DNA from: Mycolicibacterium smegmatis
GTDB taxonomy: Bacteria > Actinomycetota > Actinomycetes > Mycobacteriales > Mycobacteriaceae
Length of the DNA stretch: 32,000 nucleotides
Direction of reading: 5' to 3'
NCBI RefSeq assembly: GCF_001457595.1
Contig: NZ_LN831039.1
Coordinates: forward strand, 4,350,001 to 4,382,000
Positions 23,229-32,000 of this stretch are shown here, piece by piece. Every line of letters begins with the position of its first letter. Position 1 is the stretch's first letter. A model generated the notes under the pieces. That model saw only the letters and a list, made by a program, of their open reading frames with translations, ran no database searches and was not told the DNA's origin. The position numbers were made by a program, and so were the translations under genes.

Positions 23229-25037
23229 GTGTGTACCGCATGCGAGTGGGCGCCCCACTTCACCCGGCCCGACGCGGACGGGCCAGCACCCACGCGTAAA
23301 CCCCCGCGGCGCTCCCCCGAGGCCACCGCGCACCGGACCGGCAGCGCCGACGCTCCGGCCGACTTCGTCTTCACCAACGGGCGCGTCCACACCGTGGCAG
23401 GCCCGTCGCCATGGGCCGAGGCTGTCGCAATTCGCGGCAACACCATCACGCATGTCGGGCGCACTGCCGAGGTGCTCAGCGCCGCCGGACCGCGCACGCG
23501 CGTCATCGACCTCGGCGGCAGGCTGCTCATGCCGGGCTTCGTCGAAGGCCATACCCATCCGATGCTCGGCGCCTTCCTGAGCCACGGCGTCGACCTGCAG
23601 GTGCCCACCAAGGACGATGCGCTCGCGGCCATCGCAGCCCACGCCGAGCAGCACCCCGAGGGTGTCGTGCGCGGCTTCGGCTGGCGTGTGGACATGTTCG
23701 GGCCCGACGGTCCGTCACGTGCCGATCTGGACCGGGTGCTGCCCGACCGCCCCGGTTTGTTCTTCGCGATCGACGCGCACAGCATGTGGGCCAACACCGC
23801 GGCACTGCAGATGGCCGGCATCGACCGGGACACCCCTGATCCGGTCCCCGGGTTCAGTTACTTCCAGCGCGATGCCGACGGCGAGCCGACGGGCTACGTG
23901 CTGGAGGTCAACGCGGTGCTGGGGCTGGTCGACGCCGTCGAACCGATCTCGGCACCGGGCATGCGTCGCATGCTCGAAGGGTGGCTGCCTGCGGCGGCCG
24001 CGGCGGGCATCACCACGGTCTTCGACGCCGGGGTGCCGCCGGTGGGCGGTGATCAGGCCGCGATGATCGCGCTCTACGCCGATCTCGACGAGGCCGGCGC
24101 GCTGCCGTTCCGGGTCGTGGCGTCGTACGCGATCAAGTCGCCGCCGCCCGGCGGGCGCTTCGAGGACGTCCTGGCGCAGTTCCGGGCCGCCCGCGACAGC
24201 GTCGGCACGGACCTGGTGAACGTCGATGTCCTCAAGATCGTCGGCGACGGGACGCAGGGCGGTTACACGGCGTGGCTGATCGAACCGTACGCCGACAGGC
24301 CGGACTCCACGGGCAGCTCACCGTTCACCGAGGAGCAGTGGCACGAGATGATCGGCCTGTTCGACGCGGCAGGCGTAAACGTGCACGTCCACGCGTGCGG
24401 TGAGTGCACTGCGCGCGTGGCGCTCGACGCCATCGAGCGCGCGGTCGCGGTCAATGGGCCACGCGACCGCCGGCACACCATCGCCCACCTGGTGTTCGTC
24501 GACGACGCCGACGCGGCCCGGTTCGCCGAACTCGGCGTCGTCGCGCAGTTCTCGGCAAACTGGTTCTCCGCCGACCCCGACACCGTGCAGAACATGGCCG
24601 CGCGCTACGGATCGCCCCGCAAGGACCACCTCTACCGCGCGCGGGACATCCTGCGGGCCGGTGGCCGCATCTCGCTGGGCACCGACTGGCCCGCCGCCGG
24701 ATACTTCTCCACTCACAAGCCGCTCGACGCCATCGAGATCGCGGTCACGCGCCAACTGATCGGCGATGCGCACGCGCCGGTGCTCTCCCCCGCCGACCAG
24801 CGGTTGTCGGTGGCCGAGGCCGTGCACGCCAACACCCTCGGGGCGGCCTACCAGCTACGGCTCGACGACGTCGTCGGTTCGGTCGAAGTGGGCAAGCGCG
24901 CGGATCTCATCGTGCTCGACACCGACATCTTCAAGATCGATCCGCACGACATCCACACCGCCGAGGTCGTCCTGACCATGATGGACGGCCGGATTCGGCA
25001 CGATACGTCGCGCGTCAGCGACGCAGCACCGCGGTGA
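23229..25037 (+). CDS. amidohydrolase family (Amidohydro_3/YtcJ-like) metal-dependent hydrolase, up to 602 aa
   Basis: VIDLGGRLLMPGFVEGHTHPML (HxH metal site), GVVRGFGW, NVHVHACGECTARVALDAIERAV, ISLGTDWPAAGYFSTHKPLDAIEIAVTRQ, GKRADLIVLDTDIFKIDPHDI; start GTG 23229 is uncertain. Confidence 0.88.
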   Translation: MCTACEWAPHFTRPDADGPAPTRKPPRRSPEATAHRTGSADAPADFVFTNGRVHTVAGPSPWAEAVAIRGNTITHVGRTAEVLSAAGPRTRVIDLGGRLLMPGFVEGHTHPMLGAFLSHGVDLQVPTKDDALAAIAAHAEQHPEGVVRGFGWRVDMFGPDGPSRADLDRVLPDRPGLFFAIDAHSMWANTAALQMAGIDRDTPDPVPGFSYFQRDADGEPTGYVLEVNAVLGLVDAVEPISAPGMRRMLEGWLPAAAAAGITTVFDAGVPPVGGDQAAMIALYADLDEAGALPFRVVASYAIKSPPPGGRFEDVLAQFRAARDSVGTDLVNVDVLKIVGDGTQGGYTAWLIEPYADRPDSTGSSPFTEEQWHEMIGLFDAAGVNVHVHACGECTARVALDAIERAVAVNGPRDRRHTIAHLVFVDDADAARFAELGVVAQFSANWFSADPDTVQNMAARYGSPRKDHLYRARDILRAGGRISLGTDWPAAGYFSTHKPLDAIEIAVTRQLIGDAHAPVLSPADQRLSVAEAVHANTLGAAYQLRLDDVVGSVEVGKRADLIVLDTDIFKIDPHDIHTAEVVLTMMDGRIRHDTSRVSDAAPR

Positions 25038-25512
25038 AGCTCGCGCGGTCGTGCAGGCCGCGCAGGTCGCTGTCGGACACCAGCGGCGGGATGAGCAGCG
25101 CGATCAGCAGCACGCGGATGAACGCGCGGACTATGCCGATGCCGTCTCGCCCGTCGGCGGGCACCACCACGAGGCCCAGCACGTACTGCCCGGGCGTGAA
25201 CGAGAACAACCGCACCGCGAGCGTGCCGATCACCATCCAGATCACCAGCACCGCGGTGGACAGCAGCGGGAACGAGATCACGCCGAACGTCATCAGCAGC
25301 GCGGCCAGCCCGTACGCGATCAACCAGTCCACGATCAGTGCGCCGAGGCGCCGGCCCGTCCGCGCGATCGATCCGGGGCCGTCCTCGGGCAATCCCAACC
25401 GCTCACCTGGGTACTTGCCTCTGCGATCGTTGCCATCGGATCCGTCGCCGGCATCGAACGGACCGGGACCGGATAGCCAGGATCCCAACCGGGAGCCGTT
25501 TGTGCGGGCCAT
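25015..25512 (-). CDS. RDD-family membrane protein, about 165 aa
   Basis: ARTGRRLGALIVDWLIAYGLAALLMTFGVISFPLLSTAVLVIWMVIGTLAVRLFSFTPGQYVLGL...; R-D pair in TM1 and FTPGQYVLG typical of RDD proteins. ATG 25512 preferred over 25596. Converges on and overlaps the amidohydrolase stop by 23 bp. Confidence 0.82.
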   Translation of the reverse strand: MARTNGSRLGSWLSGPGPFDAGDGSDGNDRRGKYPGERLGLPEDGPGSIARTGRRLGALIVDWLIAYGLAALLMTFGVISFPLLSTAVLVIWMVIGTLAVRLFSFTPGQYVLGLVVVPADGRDGIGIVRAFIRVLLIALLIPPLVSDSDLRGLHDRASFTAVLRR

Positions 25513-25624
25513 GATGTCAGGATAGGCGCGTGCGGATGTCCGGCCGCCGGGTGCCACGTCGCGACGCGGTTCACACCGATGTGTGCTGGAGTTCACCGGC
25601 GGACACGCTCAAACCGATTGCGTA

Positions 25625-25659
25625 ACGTCGGCGCAACATCGGGTTGACGACTGCGCAAC
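25625..25659. promoter_or_regulatory. candidate double GlnR-binding site upstream of glnA1 (four AC dinucleotides at 11-bp spacing)
   Basis: ACgtcggcgcaACatcgggttgACgactgcgcaAC: AC at 25625, 25636, 25647 and 25658, matching the AC-n9-AC consensus described for mycobacterial GlnR; about 50-85 bp upstream of the glnA1 start. Confidence 0.65.
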
Positions 25660-25709
25660 ATCGTGTCCTTAGCGTCAACGCGCGGGTTACCAGTAAAGGA
25701 GAACACTCA

Positions 25710-27146
25710 GTGGCAGAAAAGACGTCCGACGACATCTTCAAGCTGATCAAGGACGAAAACGTCGAGTACGTCGACATTCGCTTCTGTGATCTGCCCGGCG
25801 TCGTCCAGCACTTCTCGATCCCGGCGTCGGCGTTCGATGAAAGCGTCTTCGAGGACGGGCTTGCATTCGACGGCTCTTCGGTGCGTGGGTTCCAGTCGAT
25901 CCACGAATCCGACATGATGCTGCTGCCCGATCCCAACACCGCGCGCATCGACCCGTTCCGGGCGGCGAAGACGCTCAACATGAACTTCTTCGTCCACGAT
26001 CCGTTCACGCGCGAGGCGTACTCCCGCGACCCCCGCAACGTCGCCCGCAAGGCCGAGAACTACCTGGCCAGCACCGGCATCGCCGACACCGCGTTCTTCG
26101 GCGCCGAGGCCGAGTTCTACATCTTCGACTCGGTGAGCTTCGACTCCAAGATCAACGGCACGTTCTACGAGGTCGACTCGGAGTCGGGCTGGTGGAACAC
26201 CGGTGAGCCCTTCGAGTCCGACGGCAGCGCCAACCGTGGCTACAAGGTCCGTCCCAAGGGCGGCTACTTCCCCGTCGCGCCCTACGACCACTACGTCGAC
26301 CTGCGCGACCAGATGGCCACCAACCTGCAGAACGCCGGCTTCACCCTCGAACGCGGTCACCACGAGGTGGGCACCGCCGGTCAGGCCGAGATCAACTACA
26401 AGTTCAACACGCTGCTGGCCGCGGCCGACGATGTGCTGCTGTTCAAGTACATCATCAAGAACACCGCATGGCAGGCCGGCAAGACCGTCACCTTCATGCC
26501 GAAGCCGCTGTTCGGCGACAACGGTTCGGGCATGCACGCCCACCAGTCGCTGTGGAAGGACGGCCAGCCGCTGTTCCACGACGAGTCCGGTTACGCCGGT
26601 CTGTCGGACATCGCCCGTCACTACATCGGCGGCATCCTGCACCACGCGCCGTCGCTGCTGGCGTTCACCAACCCGACGGTGAACTCCTACAAGCGTCTGG
26701 TGCCCGGCTACGAGGCCCCGATCAACCTGGTGTACAGCCAGCGCAACCGCTCGGCGTGCGTGCGTATCCCGATCACCGGCAACAACCCGAAGGCCAAGCG
26801 CCTCGAGTTCCGTTGCCCGGACAGCTCGGGCAACCCGTACCTGGCGTTCGCGGCCATGCTCATGGCGGGCATCGACGGCATCAAGAAGAAGATCGAGCCG
26901 CTGCAGCCGGTCGACAAGGACCTCTACGAGCTGCCGCCGGACGAGGCCGCCGCGATCCCGCAGGCGCCCACCTCGCTCTCCGCGGTGATCGACAAGCTCG
27001 AAGAGGATCACGAATACCTCACCGAGGGTGGCGTGTTCACCGAGGATCTGATCGAGACCTGGATCTCCTACAAGCGTGAGAACGAGATCATGCCGATCCA
27101 GATCCGTCCTCACCCGTACGAGTTCTCGCTCTACTACGACGTGTAA
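25710..27146 (+). CDS. glnA1: glutamine synthetase type I, 478 aa
   Basis: GTG at 25710 ([30 protein letters not shown]) preceded by AAAGGAGAA RBS; [32 protein letters not shown], adenylylation-site context DKDLYELPP; ends [10 protein letters not shown]. Confidence 0.97.
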   Translation: MAEKTSDDIFKLIKDENVEYVDIRFCDLPGVVQHFSIPASAFDESVFEDGLAFDGSSVRGFQSIHESDMMLLPDPNTARIDPFRAAKTLNMNFFVHDPFTREAYSRDPRNVARKAENYLASTGIADTAFFGAEAEFYIFDSVSFDSKINGTFYEVDSESGWWNTGEPFESDGSANRGYKVRPKGGYFPVAPYDHYVDLRDQMATNLQNAGFTLERGHHEVGTAGQAEINYKFNTLLAAADDVLLFKYIIKNTAWQAGKTVTFMPKPLFGDNGSGMHAHQSLWKDGQPLFHDESGYAGLSDIARHYIGGILHHAPSLLAFTNPTVNSYKRLVPGYEAPINLVYSQRNRSACVRIPITGNNPKAKRLEFRCPDSSGNPYLAFAAMLMAGIDGIKKKIEPLQPVDKDLYELPPDEAAAIPQAPTSLSAVIDKLEEDHEYLTEGGVFTEDLIETWISYKRENEIMPIQIRPHPYEFSLYYDV

Positions 27147-27225
27147 GTCGGCTCGCCGACGCGACGTGTAAGTCGGCTCGCCGACGCGACGTGTAAGTCG
27201 GCTCGCCGACGCGACGTGTAAGTCG
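27141..27225. repeat. 25-bp tandem direct repeat, about 3.4 copies, unit GTGTAAGTCGGCTCGCCGACGCGAC
   Basis: Exact copies at 27141-27165, 27166-27190, 27191-27215, then partial GTGTAAGTCG at 27216-27225. First copy overlaps the last codon and stop of glnA1. Confidence 0.98.
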
Positions 27226-27235
27226 ACGTAGACAC

Positions 27236-27269
27236 AAAAAGGCCGGGCGCATTGCGCGCCCGGCCTTTT
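27236..27269. terminator. strong intrinsic, potentially bidirectional terminator after glnA1
   Basis: AAAAA-GGCCGGGCGC-ATTGC-GCGCCCGGCC-TTTT: 10-bp perfect GC stem, 5-nt loop, flanked by A5 and T4. Confidence 0.9.
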
Positions 27270-27284
27270 GCGTAGCGCCGAGTT

Positions 27285-27329
27285 CTGCACCAGGGCTGCG
27301 ATCTCGGCGCGCGCACAACCCTGGTGCAG
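27285..27329. repeat. inverted repeat CTGCACCAGGG ... CCCTGGTGCAG upstream of dtd
   Basis: 11-bp perfect arms at 27285-27295 and 27319-27329; extends to 14/16 matches (27285-27300 vs 27314-27329). Confidence 0.9.
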
Positions 27330-27362
27330 TAATCGACGCCCCCGCACGGGACAATGACATTC

Positions 27363-27794
27363 ATGCGGGTTCTGGTTCAGCGGGTGTCACGCGCGCAGGT
27401 CACGGTCGACGGTGAGGTGGTCGGTGCGATCGACCCGCAGCCACAAGGGCTTTTGGCCCTCGTCGGTGTCACGCATGACGACGACGCCGCCAAGGCACAG
27501 CGGTTGGCCGAAAAGCTGTGGAAGTTGAGGATTCTCGACGACGAACACTCGGCTTCGGATGTGGCGGCGCCGATCCTGGTGATCAGCCAGTTCACTCTGT
27601 ACGCCAACACCGACAAGGGCAGGCGCCCGTCGTGGAACGCCGCGGCACCCGGCCCGGTTGCCGAGCCGCTGGTCACCGAGTTCACCGAGGCACTGCGACG
27701 CCTCGGAGCCACCGTGGAGACGGGGGTTTTCGGTGCGCACATGGAAGTCGAGCTGGTCAACGATGGGCCGGTGACAGTGTTGCTGGAGTTGTAG
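27363..27794 (+). CDS. dtd: D-aminoacyl-tRNA deacylase, 143 aa
   Basis: [64 protein letters not shown]; the ATG at 27363 matches the usual MRV(L/V)VQRV start rather than ATG 27354. Confidence 0.95.
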   Translation: MRVLVQRVSRAQVTVDGEVVGAIDPQPQGLLALVGVTHDDDAAKAQRLAEKLWKLRILDDEHSASDVAAPILVISQFTLYANTDKGRRPSWNAAAPGPVAEPLVTEFTEALRRLGATVETGVFGAHMEVELVNDGPVTVLLEL

Positions 27795-27821
27795 GCTCCG
27801 CCCTGCGCGTATGGTCTGATC

Positions 27822-28232
27822 ATGACGACCAATCTGGACACCCGGCTCGCCACCTACTCCCCCGTCGTTGTCGCGATCTTCCGCATCGTGTTCGGTTTCC
27901 TGTTCGCCGTGCACGGCGCGTCGAAACTCTTCGCCTGGCCCGTCGATTCGGGCAGCGGCGCCGTACCCGTCGGCACATGGCCGTACTGGTACGCCGGTGT
28001 GATCGAGCTGGTCCTCGGCCTGCTCATCATGGTCGGCCTGTTCACGCGCATCGCGGCGTTCATCGCCAGCGGCCACATGGCGGTCGCCTACTTCTGGCAG
28101 CATCAGCCAAAGGGCTTGCTACCGCTGGAGAACGGCGGTGAACCCACCGTGCTGTTCTGCTTCGGCTTCCTGCTGCTGTTCGCGATCGGCGGCGGTGCGT
28201 TCGCGCTCGACGCGGCGCGCGCGAAACGCTAG
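27822..28232 (+). CDS. DoxX-like integral membrane protein, 136 aa
   Basis: FRIVFGFLFAVHGASKLFAWPV, GVIELVLGLLIMVGLFTRIAAFIASGHMAVAYFWQH: DoxX-family pattern. Confidence 0.88.
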   Translation: MTTNLDTRLATYSPVVVAIFRIVFGFLFAVHGASKLFAWPVDSGSGAVPVGTWPYWYAGVIELVLGLLIMVGLFTRIAAFIASGHMAVAYFWQHQPKGLLPLENGGEPTVLFCFGFLLLFAIGGGAFALDAARAKR

Positions 28233-28249
28233 ACGTCAAACGCTGAAAC

Positions 28250-31249
28250 CTACCCGCCGAAAATCTTGCGGACGACCGCCTTTGCCCGCCGCGTCACGCG
28301 CAGGTAGTTGTCGAGGAACTCGCCGCCGTCATCGCTGCCCCATCCGGCGGCCAGCGCCACCGCATTGAGCTGGCGACCCGGGCCGGGAAGCTGATCGGTG
28401 GGCTTGCCGCGCACCAGCACCAGGGCGTTGCGTGCGCGGGTCGCGGTCAGCCACGCCTCGCGCAGCAGTTCGACATCGCCTTCGGCGACCAGTTCGGCCG
28501 CGCCGATCGCGTTGAGGGCCTCCAGCGTCGAGGTGTTGTGCAGCGCAGGCACTTTGTGCGCGTACCGCAGCTGCAGCAGCTGCACGGTCCACTCGATGTC
28601 GGCGAGCCCGCCGCGGCCCAGCTTGGTGTGTGTGTTCGGGTCGGCGCCGCGCGGCAGGCGCTCGGCGTCCACCCGCGCCTTGATGCGGCGGATCTCCTGG
28701 ACCGCCGAGGCCGACACCCCGCCCTCGGGGTAGCGGATCTTGTCTGCCATGAGCAGGAACCGCTCACCGAGCTCGAGATCGCCCGCGACGCGGTGCGCGC
28801 GCAGAAGCGCCTGGATCTCCCACGGCTGCGCCCACTGTGAGTAGTACGCGTCGTACGAGGCGAGGGTGCGCACCAGCGGCCCGCTGCGGCCCTCGGGGCG
28901 CAGCCCGGTGTCGACCTCAAGCGGCGGATCGGCGCTCGGTGTCCCCAGCAGGGCGCGCACCTGTTCGGCCACGCCCACCGACCACCGCACCGCAACCGAT
29001 TCCTCGACACCGGAATTGGGCTCGCATACGAACATCACGTCGGCGTCGGAGCCGTACCCCAGCTCGCCGCCGCCCAGCCGGCCCATGCCGATCACCGCGA
29101 TCCGTGCCGGCACACCGGAATCCGGCGTGTTGGCCCGGATCACGACGTCCAGCGCGGCCTGGAGCACCGCGACCCACACCGCGGTCAGTGACTTGCACAC
29201 GTCGGTCACGTCGAGCATGCCCAGCACGTCGGCCGACGCGATCCGCGCAAGTTCACGGCGGCGCAGCGTGCGCGCGGCCGCGATCGCCCGCACCGGATCG
29301 GCATACCTGCTCGCCGACGCCACCAGCGCCCGCGCCCGGCTCTCCCGGTCGTCCTCAAGCAGTTTCGGCCCGGTCGGGCCGTCGGCGTACATCTGGATGA
29401 CCTCGGGGGCGCGCATCAACAGCTCGGGGATGTACGCCGAGGTGCCCAGCACCCGCATGAGCCGCTTGGCCACCGCGCCCTCGTCGCGCAGCGTGCCGAG
29501 AAACCAACGCAGATCGGAGTGTTCGTCGCTCAGGCGACGGTAGGCCAGCAGGCCCGCGTCCGGGTCGGGGGTGTCGGACAGCCAGTCGAGCAGCGTGGGC
29601 AGCAGGATCTGCTGGATGCGGCCCTTGCGTCCGGTGGCTCCGGTGAGCGCCGCGAGATGGGTCAGCGCGCTCTGCGGGCGCTCGTAACCCAGTGCGGCCA
29701 ACTGCCGTTCGGCCGCCTCGGCGCTCATGCCCTCGCCGATGCCGAGTGCGGTGCGCCCCACCGATTCCAGCAGCGGCTGGTAGAAGAGCTTGGCGTGCAA
29801 CCGCGACACCCGCAGGCTCTGCCGCTTGAGTTCCTCGCGCAGCACGCCCTGCGCATCGTGTGTGCCGTCGGGCCGGATGTGCGCGGCCCGTGCCAGCCAC
29901 CGGTAGGCCTCGTCATCGCTGTCGTCGGGCAGCATGTGGGTGCGCTTGAGCCGTTGCAACTGCAGGCGGTGTTCGAGCAACCTCAGGAACTCGTACGACG
30001 CGGTCATGTTGGCGGCGTCGTCGCGGCCGACGTAGCCGCCCTCGCCGAGTGCGGCCAGCGCGTCGACCGTCGACGCCACGTGCAGCGACTCGTCGGTGCG
30101 GCCGTGCACCAATTGCAGCAGCTGGACGGCGAATTCGACGTCGCGCAGGCCACCGGTGCCGAGCTTGATCTCGCGCGACCGCACGTCGGCGGGCACGAGT
30201 TCCTCGACGCGGCGGCGCATGGCCTGCACCTCGGGAACGAAATCCTCACGCTCGCAGGCAGTCCACACCATGGGCATCAGCGCGTCGATGTAGGCCTGAC
30301 CCAGCTCGGGATCACCCGCGGCGGGCCGCGCCTTGAGCAGCGCCTGGAACTCCCACGTCTTGGCCCACCGCCGGTAGTAGGCGACGTGCGAGTCCAGCGT
30401 GCGAACCAGTTGGCCCCGTTTGCCTTCCGGCCGCAGCGCGGCGTCGACCTCGAAGAACGCGTCGCCGGCGAACCGCATCATCTCGCCGGCCACGCGCGTG
30501 GCGGTCGCGAGATTGTCGCTGCGGCCGTGCTTTTCGATGTCCTCACCCACGAAGATGACGTCGACGTCGCTGACGTAGTTGAGCTCGCGCGCGCCGCACT
30601 TGCCCATCGCGATGACCGCGAGTCGCGGATCCAGATCGCCGCACACCGTGCGGGTGGCCACGATCAGCGCGGCGCTCAGCGCGGCGTCGGCCAGGTCGGA
30701 CAGGTGCGAGGAGACGGTGACAAACGGCAGTACCGGTTCGTTCTCGACGGTCGAGGCGACGTCGAGGGCTGCGAGCACCAGCAGACGGTCGCGGTAGAGG
30801 TCGCGCAGCGGCGGGACCGCGGCGCTGGCGCCGCGCTCGATGTCGACGCTTTTCGCCGCGTCGTCGAACGTCTCGCGGAGTTCACCCGCGGACGGAAGCG
30901 TGACGTCGCCGTGCAGCAGGCGCCAGGACTGCGGGTGGGCCACCAGGTGGTCACCCAGCGCCAGCGACGAGCCGAGCACGGCGAACAACCGGCCCCGCAG
31001 CGGGCGGTCGGTGAGCAGCAGCCGGTTGAGTTCGTCCCAGTCGACCTTGAGCTCGTCGGCGAGGCGCACCATGGCCAGCAGCGCCGCGTCGGCGTCCGGG
31101 GCCCGCGACAGCGACCACAGCAGTTCGACGTGGTCGTCGGTGTTCCAGCCGAGCTGATCGAGATGAGCGGGTGCATGCGGATCGAACAGCCCGAGCCGGC
31201 CGACACTGGGCAGCCTCGGGCGTTCGGTGGCGGGCTTTCGCACGTCCAC
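28250..31249 (-). CDS. glnE: bifunctional glutamine synthetase adenylyltransferase/adenylyl-removing enzyme, 999 aa
   Basis: Two nucleotidyltransferase domains: [23 protein letters not shown] and [25 protein letters not shown]; [20 protein letters not shown] and [17 protein letters not shown]; lies between two glutamine synthetase genes. Confidence 0.97.
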   Translation of the reverse strand: MDVRKPATERPRLPSVGRLGLFDPHAPAHLDQLGWNTDDHVELLWSLSRAPDADAALLAMVRLADELKVDWDELNRLLLTDRPLRGRLFAVLGSSLALGDHLVAHPQSWRLLHGDVTLPSAGELRETFDDAAKSVDIERGASAAVPPLRDLYRDRLLVLAALDVASTVENEPVLPFVTVSSHLSDLADAALSAALIVATRTVCGDLDPRLAVIAMGKCGARELNYVSDVDVIFVGEDIEKHGRSDNLATATRVAGEMMRFAGDAFFEVDAALRPEGKRGQLVRTLDSHVAYYRRWAKTWEFQALLKARPAAGDPELGQAYIDALMPMVWTACEREDFVPEVQAMRRRVEELVPADVRSREIKLGTGGLRDVEFAVQLLQLVHGRTDESLHVASTVDALAALGEGGYVGRDDAANMTASYEFLRLLEHRLQLQRLKRTHMLPDDSDDEAYRWLARAAHIRPDGTHDAQGVLREELKRQSLRVSRLHAKLFYQPLLESVGRTALGIGEGMSAEAAERQLAALGYERPQSALTHLAALTGATGRKGRIQQILLPTLLDWLSDTPDPDAGLLAYRRLSDEHSDLRWFLGTLRDEGAVAKRLMRVLGTSAYIPELLMRAPEVIQMYADGPTGPKLLEDDRESRARALVASASRYADPVRAIAAARTLRRRELARIASADVLGMLDVTDVCKSLTAVWVAVLQAALDVVIRANTPDSGVPARIAVIGMGRLGGGELGYGSDADVMFVCEPNSGVEESVAVRWSVGVAEQVRALLGTPSADPPLEVDTGLRPEGRSGPLVRTLASYDAYYSQWAQPWEIQALLRAHRVAGDLELGERFLLMADKIRYPEGGVSASAVQEIRRIKARVDAERLPRGADPNTHTKLGRGGLADIEWTVQLLQLRYAHKVPALHNTSTLEALNAIGAAELVAEGDVELLREAWLTATRARNALVLVRGKPTDQLPGPGRQLNAVALAAGWGSDDGGEFLDNYLRVTRRAKAVVRKIFGG

Positions 31250-31298
31250 GACGGTATCGCACCGGGCACCACGCCCGGCACGACCCCGACCGCGGACG

Positions 31299-32000
31299 CT
31301 ACAGCGACAGGTAGTTCTTGAGCTCGTACGGCGTGACGTGGCTGCGGTAGTTCTCCCACTCGCTGCGCTTGTTGCGCAGGAAGTAGTCGAACACGTGCTC
31401 CCCCAACGCTTCTGCGACCAGTTCAGAGTTCTCCATGGCCTCCAGGGCGTTGCCCAGGCTGGTCGGCAGTTCGCGGTAGCCCATGGCGCGGCGTTCCTCG
31501 GGCGTCAGGCTCCACACGTTGTCCTCGGCCTGGGGGCCCAGCACGTAGCCCTTCTCGACGCCACGCAGGCCCGCGGCCAGCAGCACCGCGAACGTCAGGT
31601 ACGGGTTGCACGCCGAGTCAGGGCTGCGCACCTCGACGCGTCGTGACGACACCTTGTGCGGCGTGTACATCGGCACCCGCACCAGCGCCGAGCGGTTGGC
31701 CGCACCCCACGACGCCGCGGTGGGCGCCTCGCCGCCGTGCACCAGGCGCTTGTAGGAGTTCACCCACTGGTTGGTGACGGCGCTGATCTCGTTGGCGTGT
31801 TCGAGGATGCCCGCGATGAACGACTTGGCGACGTCGGAGAGCTGCAGCGGATCGTCGGGGCTGTGGAAGGCGTTGGTGTCGCCCTCGAACAGGCTCATGT
31901 GGGTGTGCATGGCCGAGCCCGGATGCTCGGCGAACGGCTTGGGCATGAACGACGCCCGGACACCGTCGGCCAGTGCCACTTCCTTGACCAGGTAGCGGAA
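31299..32000 (-). CDS. glnA2: glutamine synthetase, GlnA2-type, C-terminal part (gene continues beyond window edge)
   Basis: [82 protein letters not shown], ends [14 protein letters not shown]; frame is open through position 32000. Confidence 0.94.
   Translation of the reverse strand, partial: FRYLVKEVALADGVRASFMPKPFAEHPGSAMHTHMSLFEGDTNAFHSPDDPLQLSDVAKSFIAGILEHANEISAVTNQWVNSYKRLVHGGEAPTAASWGAANRSALVRVPMYTPHKVSSRRVEVRSPDSACNPYLTFAVLLAAGLRGVEKGYVLGPQAEDNVWSLTPEERRAMGYRELPTSLGNALEAMENSELVAEALGEHVFDYFLRNKRSEWENYRSHVTPYELKNYLSL

Noticed and set aside
24404-25525. 373-aa plus-strand ORF overlapping the amidohydrolase and RDD genes
   Set aside because: Out of frame with the motif-bearing amidohydrolase, composition Arg/Pro/Ala-rich, no domain motifs.
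27141-27225. Possible CRISPR array
   Set aside because: Repeats are directly abutting with no spacers and no cas genes are present in the window; it is a simple tandem repeat.
25707-27347. 546-aa minus-strand ORF antisense to glnA1, whose N-terminus repeats [33 protein letters not shown]
   Set aside because: The repetitive peptide is just the complement of the 25-bp tandem repeat; glnA1 is unambiguous on the plus strand. The repeat itself is reported as DNA.

Overview
This window looks like an ordinary, gene-dense, high-GC core chromosome segment from a fast-growing mycobacterium (Mycobacterium smegmatis / Mycolicibacterium-like). That assignment rests on gene order and remembered protein families, not on a search. 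In order it encodes: a DUF2561-like membrane protein, MmpS3-like protein, CtaF and CtaC (cytochrome c oxidase), AsnB/LtsA-type asparagine synthetase, AdoK-type sugar/adenosine kinase, a membrane-anchored hypothetical, a HesB/ErpA-type Fe-S carrier, a DUF3043-like protein, CobU-CobT-CobS, IlvE, GcvT, a class III adenylate cyclase, leucyl aminopeptidase, an EphD-like hydrolase/SDR fusion, a small hypothetical, DlaT/SucB-type E2 acyltransferase, an SDR epimerase, LipB, LipA, a DUF4191-like protein, an amidohydrolase, an RDD protein, GlnA1, Dtd, a DoxX-like protein, GlnE and the C-terminal part of GlnA2. I found no phage, transposon, CRISPR, RNA gene or convincing new defence or biosynthetic system. 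The signals worth a second look are small and mostly non-coding: (1) a four-phase AC-n9-AC-n9-AC-n9-AC array upstream of glnA1 that fits GlnR boxes; (2) a 25-bp tandem repeat (about 3.4 copies) that starts on the last codon and stop of glnA1 and runs up to a strong bidirectional terminator; (3) an 11-bp perfect (16-bp imperfect) inverted repeat just upstream of dtd; (4) palindromes in the asnB, dlaT, ilvE and amidohydrolase 5' regions; (5) a hairpin over a stop codon at 7066-7095; (6) an EPKP/EPKA repeat linker in the E2 protein.
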